DNA of 64,000 nucleotides from Candidatus Poribacteria bacterium. Its GTDB lineage: Bacteria > Poribacteria > WGA-4E > PCPOR2b. Every line of letters begins with the position of its first letter. Within the stretch, counting starts at the first letter, position 1. The DNA is taken from the NCBI GenBank assembly GCA_965198175.1, contig OZ240245.1:2592001-2656000 (forward strand). The letters are read 5' to 3'. The position numbers and the translations under genes were made by a program. This document shows positions 1-10,832 of this stretch, one piece after another. The notes beneath the pieces were generated by a model. The model did not search any database. It had not been told where the DNA came from and saw only the letters and a program-made list of their open reading frames with translations.

Positions 1-1887
1 CACAATGGTTCCCCATTCGCCAACAGCCCAGATCGATCCGCTCTTTGATTGGGTAATATCAGTAAGATTGGTCTTTGTAGAACTCTCTTGTGCAAGCCAT
101 GTTACGCCCTCGTCGACCGTGTGCAAAATTGTGCCCTTATCTCCGACAGTCCAACCCTCCGTTTCGTTAATGAACCAGATACCGTTCAAGTTCTCGCTTG
201 TTGGCGTAATCTGCTGTGTCCAGGTTTCGCCGCTATCCTTCGTCCCATAAACGGCGCCTTGAGATCCAGCAACCCAAGCGGTTTGTGGGTTAATTGCGAA
301 TATCGCCTTCAATTCATCCGGCCCAGCGTTTTGAACAGTCCATGTCTGACCGCCATCAGCAGTTTTAATAATGGTACCTGCCGCCCCAACTGCCCAGCCG
401 ACACTTGTGTCAACAAAATAGACGCCAAACAGGTTATTAAAGCCGACCGTCATGTCCCCGGATTCCTGACCTATCCATGTCTCGCCACCATCGCTCGTGT
501 GCATAATCTTGCCAAATTCTCCAATACCCCAGCCGTGCGTTGAAGTTGAAAAGTGCAAACCATAAAATCCGACAGCGCCTTTCCATTTCATTGACTCATC
601 TAACTGAATCCGTTCAACCGTACCGTGCCCTTCATCCCGGGGATCGCTAACGACGTTCCAAGTGTCTCCACTGTCAAGGGACTCAATTAAGGTGGCGTTG
701 CTACCAACAATATAGCCCCTGTTCGCATCGACGAAGCCGATGCCAAACAGCTCAAAGACATTGTTGCTCGTTTGTTCATTCCAAACGGTTCCGCCATCTC
801 GAGTATGCAGAACCGCTCCGCCTAAACCAACAGCCCATCCTAACTTGTCGCCATAGAAATGAACTGCGGTGAGATGGTTATTGCTTGAAATCACATCCCA
901 AGATGCGCCACCGTCTCGGCTATGGATAATTGTCGCGAATGCACCCACAGCCCAAGCTTCCTGGGGGGTGACAAGTTGGATAGCGTTCACACGGTTCTGA
1001 ACGGGCCTCGGTTCAATCGGTGTCCACTCCTTCCCGCCATCGGTAGTCCTCAGAATAACCCCAAACTCCGCTGAAGCGAGCCCGTGGTTGGCGTCAATAA
1101 AATGGATCCCCCAAATTGGTTCCGGCATCCCGTTCGAGTTAGGCACACGACTTTCCTGGGGTTTCCACGTGGTTCCACCATCAATAGTATGAACTAGGGC
1201 GCCATTCCCGCCGGAGGCCCAACCTTCTTGGTCGCTTCGCATAAAAATTGCATCAAGGGGTGAAGCCGTTCTGCTATTTTGAGCTTTCCAAGTCTGCCCA
1301 GCATTCATGGTGTGAATGACTGTACCGCCATCTCCCGCGGCCCAGCCCACTTGAGCGCTCGTAAAGTGAATGCCTTTAATCGCGTTATTTGTGTCGGTTT
1401 TATGTCGCGTCCAGGTGGTGCCGCCATCTACGGTACGAATAACAAGCCCTCCATCACCGCCTGCCCAACCGTATTTATCATCAGCAAAAGAAATAGCTGA
1501 CAACGTGGCTCGGGTGCCACTGTTGAGTTTCATCCACGTCGCACCACCATCTGTTGTTTTCAGCACGGTACCAGCATCACCCACGATCCAACCCGTTTGA
1601 GGATTGATAAACCGCACTTTGTAGAAATCTACCTTGAAAGGAAGTGGTTGGCTCGGTTGCCTTTCCCATGTCTTTCCACCATTGTTCGTATGAAGAATTG
1701 TCGAACTTGAACCAACAACCCAGCCGTGTTGAGCATCAACAAAGTAGATGTCTGTAAACGTGGCTCGCCATTCCGCCTCGCGCACAGATGTCCAATTCTT
1801 CCCTTGTGCAAAGTTATTGGCGACAAAAATCAATAGTAACGCCATCATTGATGAAACAACTTGAATACACCGCTTATTGGTTATCAT
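1..1887 (-). CDS. YCF48/BNR-repeat beta-propeller secreted protein (3' end runs off the window)
   Basis: Not in the ORF track because there is no stop in the window. Manual translation from ATG 1887 (RBS AAGGAG) gives a signal peptide MITNKRCIQVVSSMMALLLIFVANNFAQ, then many F.D...GW.VG..G.IL.T.DGG.TW repeats, open to position 1. Confidence 0.9.
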   Translation of the reverse strand, partial: MITNKRCIQVVSSMMALLLIFVANNFAQGKNWTSVREAEWRATFTDIYFVDAQHGWVVGSSSTILHTNNGGKTWERQPSQPLPFKVDFYKVRFINPQTGWIVGDAGTVLKTTDGGATWMKLNSGTRATLSAISFADDKYGWAGGDGGLVIRTVDGGTTWTRHKTDTNNAIKGIHFTSAQVGWAAGDGGTVIHTMNAGQTWKAQNSRTASPLDAIFMRSDQEGWASGGNGALVHTIDGGTTWKPQESRVPNSNGMPEPIWGIHFIDANHGLASAEFGVILRTTDGGKEWTPIEPRPVQNRVNAIQLVTPQEAWAVGAFATIIHSRDGGASWDVISSNNHLTAVHFYGDKLGWAVGLGGAVLHTRDGGTVWNEQTSNNVFELFGIGFVDANRGYIVGSNATLIESLDSGDTWNVVSDPRDEGHGTVERIQLDESMKWKGAVGFYGLHFSTSTHGWGIGEFGKIMHTSDGGETWIGQESGDMTVGFNNLFGVYFVDTSVGWAVGAAGTIIKTADGGQTWTVQNAGPDELKAIFAINPQTAWVAGSQGAVYGTKDSGETWTQQITPTSENLNGIWFINETEGWTVGDKGTILHTVDEGVTWLAQESSTKTNLTDITQSKSGSIWAVGEWGTIV

Positions 1888-1949
1888 TAGTTTTCTCCTT
1901 AATAAGGCAGTAAGCTTTTTCAGAAGCTCGTCAAATTTCTCAAATGCCG

Positions 1950-2450
1950 CTAAATTCCCATTCGCAAGGCAACTGCAGCCAGCAATACCAGAAGTGAGAA
2001 CACGCCAATTAGACTTGACACGACTGACATCCAAGAACGAATCTTTTTGACCTGATCGGGCAATTCCTCTGCGCCCGGTTCGAGAGCATCAACAGCTTGC
2101 GACAGTCTCGGACCAATGACAAATGAGTGAATCGCTGTCAAAAAGATCAGCACGATTACAAGGAGGAGTTTGATGAGAAGTGTCCGCATAAAGGCACCCG
2201 CCAAGCCAGTCAAATCCGGGTAACTGAGAAAGATGTTTAACAGTCCGGAAAAAATGAGTACTAATACACAGCCCCACACAATGGGCTCAAACCGCCTGCC
2301 AATCTGTGATAGTATCTGAATGCGTTCTACAGGGGAGACAGATCGCTTGAAGTAGGGCACAACCACCATCGCCATCACGAGATTACCACCAATCCAAATC
2401 ACGGCAGCGAGAATGTGTAACCAGAGAACCAACAAGCCAAATATTTCCAT
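1950..2450 (-). CDS. CopD-like/DUF4149-type membrane protein
   Basis: Four hydrophobic segments and the WLHILAAVIWIGG motif; ATG 2450 has RBS AGGAGG. Confidence 0.7.
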   Translation of the reverse strand: MEIFGLLVLWLHILAAVIWIGGNLVMAMVVVPYFKRSVSPVERIQILSQIGRRFEPIVWGCVLVLIFSGLLNIFLSYPDLTGLAGAFMRTLLIKLLLVIVLIFLTAIHSFVIGPRLSQAVDALEPGAEELPDQVKKIRSWMSVVSSLIGVFSLLVLLAAVALRMGI

Positions 2451-2621
2451 GAAGCCTCCTAGGTTCAATGCGAAAATATGGAGATATTCATTTAGAGATA
2501 TTTCTGCGATGATCGAAAAGGCTGCGCGAAATACCCCGGTAAGTGTTCCAACATCAGAGACTCGAAAACTTCAAGTTTAAGAGCTATCTTGTAAAGAATT
2601 TCGATGAAAAGCATGAACTAT

Positions 2622-2744
2622 ATCTGGTGGACGACAGACCGCCCTCCTCCGCCAATGGATGTATTGGAGGGTTTTCCATCAACGAATCATTGTGCGAATA
2701 TCGTACCGATTTTCAAGCAGTTGCGTCGCGAAACGATGCTGGAA
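2622..2744 (-). pseudogene. Degenerate C-terminal remnant of an integron-integrase-like tyrosine recombinase
   Basis: Minus strand reads FQHRFATQLLENRYDIRTMIR*WKTLQYIHWRRRAVCRPPD, resembling the IntI C-terminus ([41 protein letters not shown].SPLD). Confidence 0.6.
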
Positions 2745-2929
2745 CTTTTTGCGTCCGTTCTATGCTGGACTTTCTCTTGACTATCTTTAGGCAGAGACGT
2801 ATAATCTGTTCAACGGTACGGTTTTTTCATTGTAACAGATTCTCACAGTTGATTCAAGTGAAAGTTCCGCATAGAAATCTTAATATCGGAAAAATTCTCG
2901 TTGCATAGGATCGCGATTCAGGGAGAAAC

Positions 2930-3949
2930 TTGAGAGGAAGAATCCTTGTCACTCAAACGGGGGGCTGGATTGGCGATATGGTCCTGCTGACTCCGGCATT
3001 GAGAGCGTTGAAGCACGCCTATCCGCAGTCTAGCGTGGCATTGCTGCTGCGTCCCCTTGTTGCGGATTTGATGGCGAATCACCCTTACCTTGATCAAGTG
3101 ATTGTTGACATCAAAAGACAACATCGCAGCCGTTTGAAATCTCTCTGGCAATTAACACGTTATATCCAGCGGGCTGCATTCGATCTTGCAGTTGTTTTAC
3201 ACCCCACTTCCTTTCGAAACGCATTAATCCCCTTTCTAGCTGGTGTTCCAGAACGGATTGGTTCAAATATAAATGGTCGTGGAATTTTGTTGACGGAGAC
3301 TTGCCTGAATCGACGAGAGCGCCATGAAGTTTACCGTTACCTCGACGTTTTAGAGCTCATCGGTGTTGATGCACAAGATACCAGCCTGGAGTTCTGGCAT
3401 ACAGATGTGGATCGCCGCGTTGTTTGCCAGGTGCTCACCGATCACGGCATCGCTTCCACAGAACGTCTTATCGGTGTAAATCTTGGCACCACGTGGCAGA
3501 CAAAACAGTGGGAAATCGAGAATTTTGCAGCTGTGCTAACGCAGCTTCAGAATATCATCAATATCCGTTTTATCCTGACAGGTCACGCCTCAGAAACTGC
3601 ACTTGGTGAAGCGCTGCAGCGGATGATTAAAGTGGATCTTATCAATCTTATTGGGGCGACAACTCCCACCCAACTCGGGGCGCTTATCGAACGTTGTAGT
3701 CTTTATTTGACCTGCGACAGCGGTCCCATGCACATCGCTGCAGCTGTTGGAACACCGACGATTGCTCTGTTCGGCCCAACGAGCCCAACACGTCACCGCC
3801 CTTATGCGGAAGGACATTGCGTCATTGAGAAACCCGTTGGCTGCCGACCTTGCTATAAGCGTAAATGTAAACTCAAGGAAACTCCGAATCTGTGTATGAC
3901 AGAAATCAAACCGGAGGAAGTCGTTGCGAATATTATTCAGCTTTTTTGA
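2930..3949 (+). CDS. waaF: LPS heptosyltransferase II (GT9)
   Basis: WIGDMVL, KQW and CDSGPMHIAAAVGTPTIALFGPT motifs. Confidence 0.85.
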   Translation: MRGRILVTQTGGWIGDMVLLTPALRALKHAYPQSSVALLLRPLVADLMANHPYLDQVIVDIKRQHRSRLKSLWQLTRYIQRAAFDLAVVLHPTSFRNALIPFLAGVPERIGSNINGRGILLTETCLNRRERHEVYRYLDVLELIGVDAQDTSLEFWHTDVDRRVVCQVLTDHGIASTERLIGVNLGTTWQTKQWEIENFAAVLTQLQNIINIRFILTGHASETALGEALQRMIKVDLINLIGATTPTQLGALIERCSLYLTCDSGPMHIAAAVGTPTIALFGPTSPTRHRPYAEGHCVIEKPVGCRPCYKRKCKLKETPNLCMTEIKPEEVVANIIQLF

Positions 3950-4070
3950 CGACAAACTTTACCCATGCGTCAAAAATTTGACCGATTTACAATTTTACTC
4001 TTGTAGAATCGAAACATAATTCGGTTGTACATAGCGCCTTGACTGGCTATTGAAGATAGGGGGGTATGTG

Positions 4071-5081
4071 ATGAGGACATACCGAGTTGGAGTGATTGGA
4101 TGCGGGGTAATCGGCAGCCACCATGCATCAGGACTTGTTGGCTTATCCAATGCAGCGCTAGTGGCTGCGTGCGATGTGATGCCGAGCACGCTAGAAGCCT
4201 TCAGAGAGCGTTGGAAAGATACTTGGCAGAATATTGCCCTGTACACAAATCACCAAGAGATGCTAGAGAATGAGGATTTGGACATTGTGACGGTGGCAAC
4301 CTCCGATCATCGGCACACAGATTTGGTGGTGAACGCCGCCAATGCCGGGGTAAAAGGCATGTTCTGCGAAAAGCCATTGGCGACGAATCTGGCTGATGCC
4401 GACCGTATGATTGAGGCTGCCGAGCGCAATAAAACGATTCTGTCGATTGACCACACCCGTAGGTGGGTGCCGTTATGGCGATATACCAAAGAAGAAGTGG
4501 TGGGAAAAGACGTAATCGGACCCGTGCAGTGTGTCATCGGGTTTTTAACGGGCGGTCGCGCGATGCTATTCCGTAACGGCACCCATATCATTGATATGAT
4601 GTGTTACTTCGCAGATTCCGACCCAGAATGGGTCTCCGCGGAACTCGAAACCGGATACGAGGATTACTCGGAATATCGCGGAGATGGTGGACATGACCCG
4701 GTGACAGAGCCCGCTGCTCACGGGTATATCCACTTCGCCAACGGCGTGCGTGCGTTTTACGTCGGCGGTCCCAAAACCACTCGTAGAATGCTGCGCCTTG
4801 AGATTATTGGAACGAAGGGATATATCTTCATCGAGGATGCCTTCACAGAACCGAGGGCACAGATCCGAACAGGAGATAAATATGAAGATATTCAAATTCC
4901 GGCGTGGGATGTTGTTGGTATCCCTGCCGGTATCCAAGAACTGGTACGCTTAGTCGATGAAGGCGGGGAGCCCGTGTCCCCGGGTAAAGAAGCGCACAAA
5001 GTTGTCGAAATCATAGCTGGATTTCTAGAATCCAATCGTCGTGACAACGCGAAAGTTAAGTTTCCGCTCCCGCGAGATTAA
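4071..5081 (+). CDS. Gfo/Idh/MocA family oxidoreductase
   Basis: VGVIGCGVIG Rossmann motif and the FCEKPLA motif. Confidence 0.9.
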   Translation: MRTYRVGVIGCGVIGSHHASGLVGLSNAALVAACDVMPSTLEAFRERWKDTWQNIALYTNHQEMLENEDLDIVTVATSDHRHTDLVVNAANAGVKGMFCEKPLATNLADADRMIEAAERNKTILSIDHTRRWVPLWRYTKEEVVGKDVIGPVQCVIGFLTGGRAMLFRNGTHIIDMMCYFADSDPEWVSAELETGYEDYSEYRGDGGHDPVTEPAAHGYIHFANGVRAFYVGGPKTTRRMLRLEIIGTKGYIFIEDAFTEPRAQIRTGDKYEDIQIPAWDVVGIPAGIQELVRLVDEGGEPVSPGKEAHKVVEIIAGFLESNRRDNAKVKFPLPRD

Positions 5082-5331
5082 GTTTGTACGTTTTAGCACA
5101 TCAGATATTTCAAATGGAGAAGTGGATGTTCAGGTGATGAGATTAGGTCGATTTTACTGGCAGCTAAGCCGTTTTTTGTGTATAATTTATGAAGGTTGAA
5201 ATGGAAACGGCATAGATAAAGAATTAAGCTTGGCTAGCAACGTTCATGGAATTTGGAAGTTCAGAATGTCCGTTTGGATGAATTTTCTCTCCAACGATAG
5301 TGCGATTGACGGCACAAACGGGTTACCAACC

Positions 5332-7899
5332 ATGATATTGCAGTGCAAATCCACCGTCCCAATCGTGGCGATTCTACTGATGCTATGGGGTGCGCACGCG
5401 GTTGACGCAATTGATTCTGACCGGGCGGTTCAAGATGAACAGTACGCGTTTTTCGAAGCGAAGATTCGGCCCGTGTTAGTGAATACCTGTTTCCGTTGCC
5501 ATGGCGGGGACGAGATTAACAACGGTCTGCGCGTAGATTCACGGGAAGCATTGCTGGAAGGCGGCATCTATGGCGCCGCGATTGTGCCTGGCGACCCCGA
5601 TGCGAGCTTGCTAATTGAAGCCATACGGCACAATGAGGCTGCGTATGTAAAGATGCCGCCCGACGAGAAATTGCCCGACCACGTTGTAAGGGACTTCGAA
5701 GTTTGGGTGAAAGAAGGCGCAATTTGGCCCACAGAAACCGTTTGGCAAAATGCGGACATGGTGCAAGCGGACCAACATTGGGCATTTGCACCGGTGAAAG
5801 CGGTTGAGCCTCCCGTCGATTTGACCGGATGGTCTGATCATCCGATTGATCGGTTTGTCAGGGCACAGTGGCACGAACATGGATTGCGCCCCAATCAACC
5901 GGCGGACAAGCGCACCCTAATGCGCCGAGTCTACTATGATCTCGTTGGTCTGCCGCCCACACCGGAAGAGGTGAAAGCGTTTATGGCGGATACAACGCCG
6001 CATGCTTTTGCGCAGCTTGTCGAACGCTTGCTTGCCTCACCGCGATACGGCGAGCGCTGGGGGCGGCACTGGATGGATGTAGCGCGTTACGCCGATACTG
6101 GCGGCGACAACGCGGACTACCCAATACCGGAAGCACACCTCTACCGCGACTACATCATCGATTCGTTCAACGCGGACAAACCGTACGATCAATTTGTTCA
6201 TGAGCAGCTAGCCGGTGATATTCTCGCCAAAACCGCACCGCCGCAGCAATACACCGAGCAGATAATTGCTACGGGATTCATCGCCTTATCCCGCCGATTC
6301 GGCACGGGAGCGTACCAACTGAATCATCTGATTCTGGAGGATACAATTGACACAACGGGGCGAGCCTTCTTAGGATTGACGATGCGCTGCGCTCGCTGTC
6401 ATGACCACAAGTTCGATCCGATTACCATGGAAGATTACTATGCCATGTATGGTATCTTCGCCAGCACAACGTATCCATACGCCGGATCCGAGGAATTTCA
6501 AACGGGCCGAAAGCCGCGAATGAATTTCGTGCCGCTGCTGCCTCCTGATCAGGCTCAACCGCAAATTGCCGCTCATCAAGAGCAGTTTGATCAGCGTCAA
6601 AAAGAGATAGATCAACTGGAACACGAAGGCGAGCTAGCGGAAAAACGGAATTCACTCAACCAACAAATTGAAACGTTAAGAGAGCAGATTAACACATTGA
6701 AGTCGGACGGCGGAGATACGAAAGACCTCGAATCGCAGGTAGTGGCGCTCGGAGTGCAGTACAACGATCTCACCGACCAAATTAACAGCCAAAAAGGTGA
6801 ACTGAAACAGAAACTGCCGCGTTCAGATTTGCCGGCAGATATGCCCCAAGCTTATGCGGTTGTAGATGGACAGGCGACAGATGCGCACATTCACCGTCGC
6901 GGCGACCCTGCGCAGTCAGGACCCGCAATAAGGCGAGATGTGCCGAAATTTCTCAACAACGGTAAACCCCTTGAAATTCCTGAAGGTCAAAGCGGACGCT
7001 TGCAATTGGCGCAGTGGCTGACGAGTCCGAAGAACCCCCTGACGGCGCGGGTCATGGTCAATCGCATCTGGCAATACCACTTCGGGAAAGGAATTGTTTC
7101 GACCCCATCAAACTTTGGGCGCTCCGGTTCCAAACCGACACATCCTCTGTTGCTTGACTTTCTGGCGACGCGATTCATCGAAAGCGGCTGGTCAGTTAAG
7201 GCGATCCATCGGTTAATTCTGTCATCAAAAACATTTCAACTGGCGAGCGGTCACGACGCACAGAATGCCACTGTCGACCCATCCAACGATTACTATTGGC
7301 GATTCGATCGGCGACGGCTTGAAGCAGAAGCCTTACGCGATGCGGTGATGAACATCAGCGGTTTATTGGATCTCAGCCGACCGGGAGCGCATCCGTTCCC
7401 GCCAATTGAGAAATGGTTCTGGTCACAGCATGTACCGTTCCCGTACGATAACGTGACCGGTCGCTTCATACCGACGCCCTATCCGTCAAACCATCGCACC
7501 GTTTATCTGATGACGCAGCGGCTTCAATATCATCCGTTTCTCGGACTGTTTGATGCACCCGACACGAACACGACTACTGGGGTACGCACGAACTCCACCG
7601 TGCCCCAGCAATCTCTGTTTCTCATGAACAATCCTTGGGCGCACGAGCAAGCCCAAGCTTTTGCTCAGCGCTTGATTGCGTTTTCACAGGATCCTGTAGA
7701 GCGCATTAACCGCGCGTACTTACTCGCTTATAGCCGCGAGGTAACCGCCGAAGAGCGGCAGCGTGGTGAGGCGTATATTAAACGTGCAGTTGAAAACCTT
7801 AATGTTGACGAACTTCCACCCGAACAAAGGGAGACGGAAGCGTGGAATAGTTACGCACAGGTGTTGTTAAGATCGAATGAATTAGTTTACATCGACTAA
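5332..7899 (+). CDS. Planctomycete cytochrome c + DUF1549/DUF1553 (PSD1) protein
   Basis: FFEAKIRPVL..CFRCHG, HWAF, YGERWGRHWMDVARYADT, CARCHDHKFDPI, NPLTARVMVNRIWQYHFGKG. Start uncertain (5230-5332). Confidence 0.92.
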   Translation: MILQCKSTVPIVAILLMLWGAHAVDAIDSDRAVQDEQYAFFEAKIRPVLVNTCFRCHGGDEINNGLRVDSREALLEGGIYGAAIVPGDPDASLLIEAIRHNEAAYVKMPPDEKLPDHVVRDFEVWVKEGAIWPTETVWQNADMVQADQHWAFAPVKAVEPPVDLTGWSDHPIDRFVRAQWHEHGLRPNQPADKRTLMRRVYYDLVGLPPTPEEVKAFMADTTPHAFAQLVERLLASPRYGERWGRHWMDVARYADTGGDNADYPIPEAHLYRDYIIDSFNADKPYDQFVHEQLAGDILAKTAPPQQYTEQIIATGFIALSRRFGTGAYQLNHLILEDTIDTTGRAFLGLTMRCARCHDHKFDPITMEDYYAMYGIFASTTYPYAGSEEFQTGRKPRMNFVPLLPPDQAQPQIAAHQEQFDQRQKEIDQLEHEGELAEKRNSLNQQIETLREQINTLKSDGGDTKDLESQVVALGVQYNDLTDQINSQKGELKQKLPRSDLPADMPQAYAVVDGQATDAHIHRRGDPAQSGPAIRRDVPKFLNNGKPLEIPEGQSGRLQLAQWLTSPKNPLTARVMVNRIWQYHFGKGIVSTPSNFGRSGSKPTHPLLLDFLATRFIESGWSVKAIHRLILSSKTFQLASGHDAQNATVDPSNDYYWRFDRRRLEAEALRDAVMNISGLLDLSRPGAHPFPPIEKWFWSQHVPFPYDNVTGRFIPTPYPSNHRTVYLMTQRLQYHPFLGLFDAPDTNTTTGVRTNSTVPQQSLFLMNNPWAHEQAQAFAQRLIAFSQDPVERINRAYLLAYSREVTAEERQRGEAYIKRAVENLNVDELPPEQRETEAWNSYAQVLLRSNELVYID

Positions 7900-7924
7900 C
7901 TTTAATCGACACCAGGAGTAAACC

Positions 7925-9304
7925 ATGAGCAAACAAAACCAAGTCAACCGTCGCCAATTTTTGAGTTGCGCGCTCGCAGGATGTGCGACAAGTGTGCTTG
8001 GCCCCTTCGCTAAGTTGTCGCTTGCGGCGGAACTCTACGCCGGACACCCGTTGGCACCCAAATTGACGCATCATCCCGCGAAAGCCAAAAATCTTATCTT
8101 CGTTTTTCTGACCGGCGGATTCGCCCATGTCGACACCTTTGACTATAAACCGAAGCTGCAGAGCGATCACGGCAAGGAAATTCCGGCGTGGGGCACACAA
8201 AAGCCGCTTATGGGCTCGCCTTTCAAATTTCAGCCATACGGTGAGTCTGGGCTGATGATTAGCGAGCTGTTCACTCATCTGGGAGGTGTCGCAGACGAAC
8301 TGTGCATCATTCAAACCCTGCACACAGATATCGTTGAGCACTTTCAAGCCTCGCTTGCGATGCACACGGGATCGGCGACTATCCCCATGCCCAGCATCGG
8401 AGCTTGGCTAAGTTACGGTTTGGGCACGCAAAATCAGAACCTGCCGTCATACATGGTTTTGTGCGAAAACATACCCTATGCGGGATCGCAAGTGTGGGAC
8501 AATCATTTTCTTCCGCCGGTGCATCAAGGTGTGCGTATCCTACCCGGCGACGAGCCAGTAGCGAACCTGAACTCATCAACGAACTCGGTGACGCTAGCAG
8601 AATTGGAACGAATTATGCTGCGTGATGTCAACGAACTTCACGCCCGCCAGCGTCCCGAAGATTTAGAACTGCTCGCCCGCATGAACGCCAATGACACCGC
8701 AGTGGGTATGATGCGCACGGCCCCACAGGTGTTCGACCTGGCTGAAGAGAACGATGCCACATTCAACCTGTATGGACTGGAGCGCGACGATAACAGGTCG
8801 TTCGCTTGGCAGTGCCTCGTTGCCCGGCGGCTGGTGGAGCACGGCGTTCGTGTTGTTGAACTCATTGACACCGGTGCAACCAACAACTGGGATGCGCACG
8901 GCAATATGGAGGACCACCGTCCGAAGGCGGAACGGGTAGATCGACCACTCGCTGCCTTAATCAAGGATTTGAAAGGTCGCGGCATACTTGATGAGACGCT
9001 TATCGCTATCTGCACCGAGTTCGGGCGTACCCCATTTTCCAACAATATGAAGGGACGTGAACATCATGCTTCAGCCTTCTCATGTCTTCTCGCAGGCGCT
9101 GGCGTCCAAGGCGGGACGACTTACGGTGAAAGCGATGACTACGGAGTCGAGATTGTTTCTCAACCGTGCCACGTCCACGACTACCACGCCACCATACTGC
9201 ATCTAATGGGCATTGACCACACAAAACTGACCTACCGCTATGCGGGCCGAGATTTCCGCTTAACCGATGTGAGCGGAGATGTTCTTCAGGAAGTTCTGGC
9301 GTGA
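7925..9304 (+). CDS. DUF1501 domain protein with Tat signal
   Basis: NRRQFL twin-arginine signal, HVDTFDYKP, WDAH and TEFGRTP motifs; usual partner of DUF1553. Confidence 0.92.
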   Translation: MSKQNQVNRRQFLSCALAGCATSVLGPFAKLSLAAELYAGHPLAPKLTHHPAKAKNLIFVFLTGGFAHVDTFDYKPKLQSDHGKEIPAWGTQKPLMGSPFKFQPYGESGLMISELFTHLGGVADELCIIQTLHTDIVEHFQASLAMHTGSATIPMPSIGAWLSYGLGTQNQNLPSYMVLCENIPYAGSQVWDNHFLPPVHQGVRILPGDEPVANLNSSTNSVTLAELERIMLRDVNELHARQRPEDLELLARMNANDTAVGMMRTAPQVFDLAEENDATFNLYGLERDDNRSFAWQCLVARRLVEHGVRVVELIDTGATNNWDAHGNMEDHRPKAERVDRPLAALIKDLKGRGILDETLIAICTEFGRTPFSNNMKGREHHASAFSCLLAGAGVQGGTTYGESDDYGVEIVSQPCHVHDYHATILHLMGIDHTKLTYRYAGRDFRLTDVSGDVLQEVLA

Positions 9305-9358
9305 TTTCGAGTACCGCCTCGGTGATTGTGAAGGGCTTCTACCGCTTCACGACGCTAG

Positions 9359-10759
9359 CTAGGCAAATTGGCGTAAGAGGGTGTAGCTTGCTAGGGCAAC
9401 CATGATGAGAAAGCAGATCCAAAAAATGGAATCCGCCTTCCACGTTGGTCTGATATGGTAGTTGATGTGTGTATAGCGCAGGTAGATGGTGCTGCCCGCA
9501 ACGATAGGCATCATTATCGCTGCAATTGTGCCGCTGATAGTGAGCATCCAGACAGGGTTCTCAATATAGAAATAACACATTGCCATAATCGTGGGTGAAA
9601 CCACCGCCCAGATACGCATCACCCGTACGCGTGCGCGATAGTCACGCGGATTAATCACGCCGAGCACCCCCATGGCGTCAGCAACCATCCGTGTCCCCCC
9701 TGCTAGCCCCGAAACCACAGTTGAGAACAACACGAAGAATGCCCCCAACAGGAATAGCCACGATGCCCACTCACCAAGCGTCTGCGTATAAGAGCCGGAC
9801 AATATGCTAATTGTCTCAAGACCATTCGGTACGGTGCCCTTGTGATGCAGCACACCGGCGCCGAGCATGTAGAACGGCACCGTCGCACAAGTCAGCACAC
9901 CCAATGTCAGCAGTACGTCAGCCTGCATGACGCGAATCCAACCCTGCGCACGGCGGATCCAACCGGGGCTGCTGTCCGTGGCGCCAACGAAACGGGCGTA
10001 ACCCTTCTCGACACACCAATAAGTGTACGACATTGACTCGCCTGCAGTCACGCCGGTGGCGCCGTACGCTCCCAACGCTGCCGCGACTGCGAACACCGGA
10101 AACTGGAATTGCAGACCAGCGCGCACGTCACCCCATGTGATAGCATAAGGCGTGAATTGCAACAGGATGGCACACACTATCGTGAGGACAGTGAAGGTGC
10201 CGACCATAAACGTCATCAACTTTTCGAGGGTGCGGTATGTGCCGCTCAGAATCAGCGCCACCGCCAGTGCGGCGAAAATAATTGTCCACCATTTCGATGC
10301 GAAAAATGGGAACGCCATGTGAACCGCCTGCCCAACCCCGCCGTACACGCCGCCGCCGCCTAAGTGACCGGGGATTAGCTGGAACATCCACAACCAGATG
10401 AACCATGAAATCTTTTGACGGGGTCCAGGAAGTTTACCGGGTAGCCGATTAAAGGCGTGCAATACAGTCTCGCCCGATGAAACCGTGTAACGCCCCAACT
10501 CTGCCTGCACGATACTCTTGCCCCAGCTACTCAGCAGCATCCACCAAAACATTACAAACCCAACGGTTGCGCCTAGTGTCGTTGTCATGATAATCTCACC
10601 GGATCCAACGACCGTCCCTACCAAAATTAATCCCGGTCCGAGAAACTTAAGCGTGCCCCTCAACCCAATAGGCGGCTCTCTGACATCGTCTGGACGGCGA
10701 GCATACGGATCGATACTGTCTTCCTGTTCTGATGGTCTACGTTCACGATTTTGCGTCAT
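9359..10759 (-). CDS. Nramp-like divalent metal transporter family protein
   Basis: LGPGLILVGTVVGSGEII motif and about 11 TM segments. Confidence 0.8.
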   Translation of the reverse strand: MTQNRERRPSEQEDSIDPYARRPDDVREPPIGLRGTLKFLGPGLILVGTVVGSGEIIMTTTLGATVGFVMFWWMLLSSWGKSIVQAELGRYTVSSGETVLHAFNRLPGKLPGPRQKISWFIWLWMFQLIPGHLGGGGVYGGVGQAVHMAFPFFASKWWTIIFAALAVALILSGTYRTLEKLMTFMVGTFTVLTIVCAILLQFTPYAITWGDVRAGLQFQFPVFAVAAALGAYGATGVTAGESMSYTYWCVEKGYARFVGATDSSPGWIRRAQGWIRVMQADVLLTLGVLTCATVPFYMLGAGVLHHKGTVPNGLETISILSGSYTQTLGEWASWLFLLGAFFVLFSTVVSGLAGGTRMVADAMGVLGVINPRDYRARVRVMRIWAVVSPTIMAMCYFYIENPVWMLTISGTIAAIMMPIVAGSTIYLRYTHINYHIRPTWKADSIFWICFLIMVALASYTLLRQFA

Positions 10760-10832
10760 GCGCTAAGCCCTCTTCACATTAAGGATTTCGGTATTTTTTG
10801 ACAATCAGATAGTAAGTCCCAGTGAATCTAGG

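Noticed and set aside
5..1600. Plus-strand ORFs at the window start
   Set aside because: Antisense to the YCF48-like gene, which is open on the minus strand.
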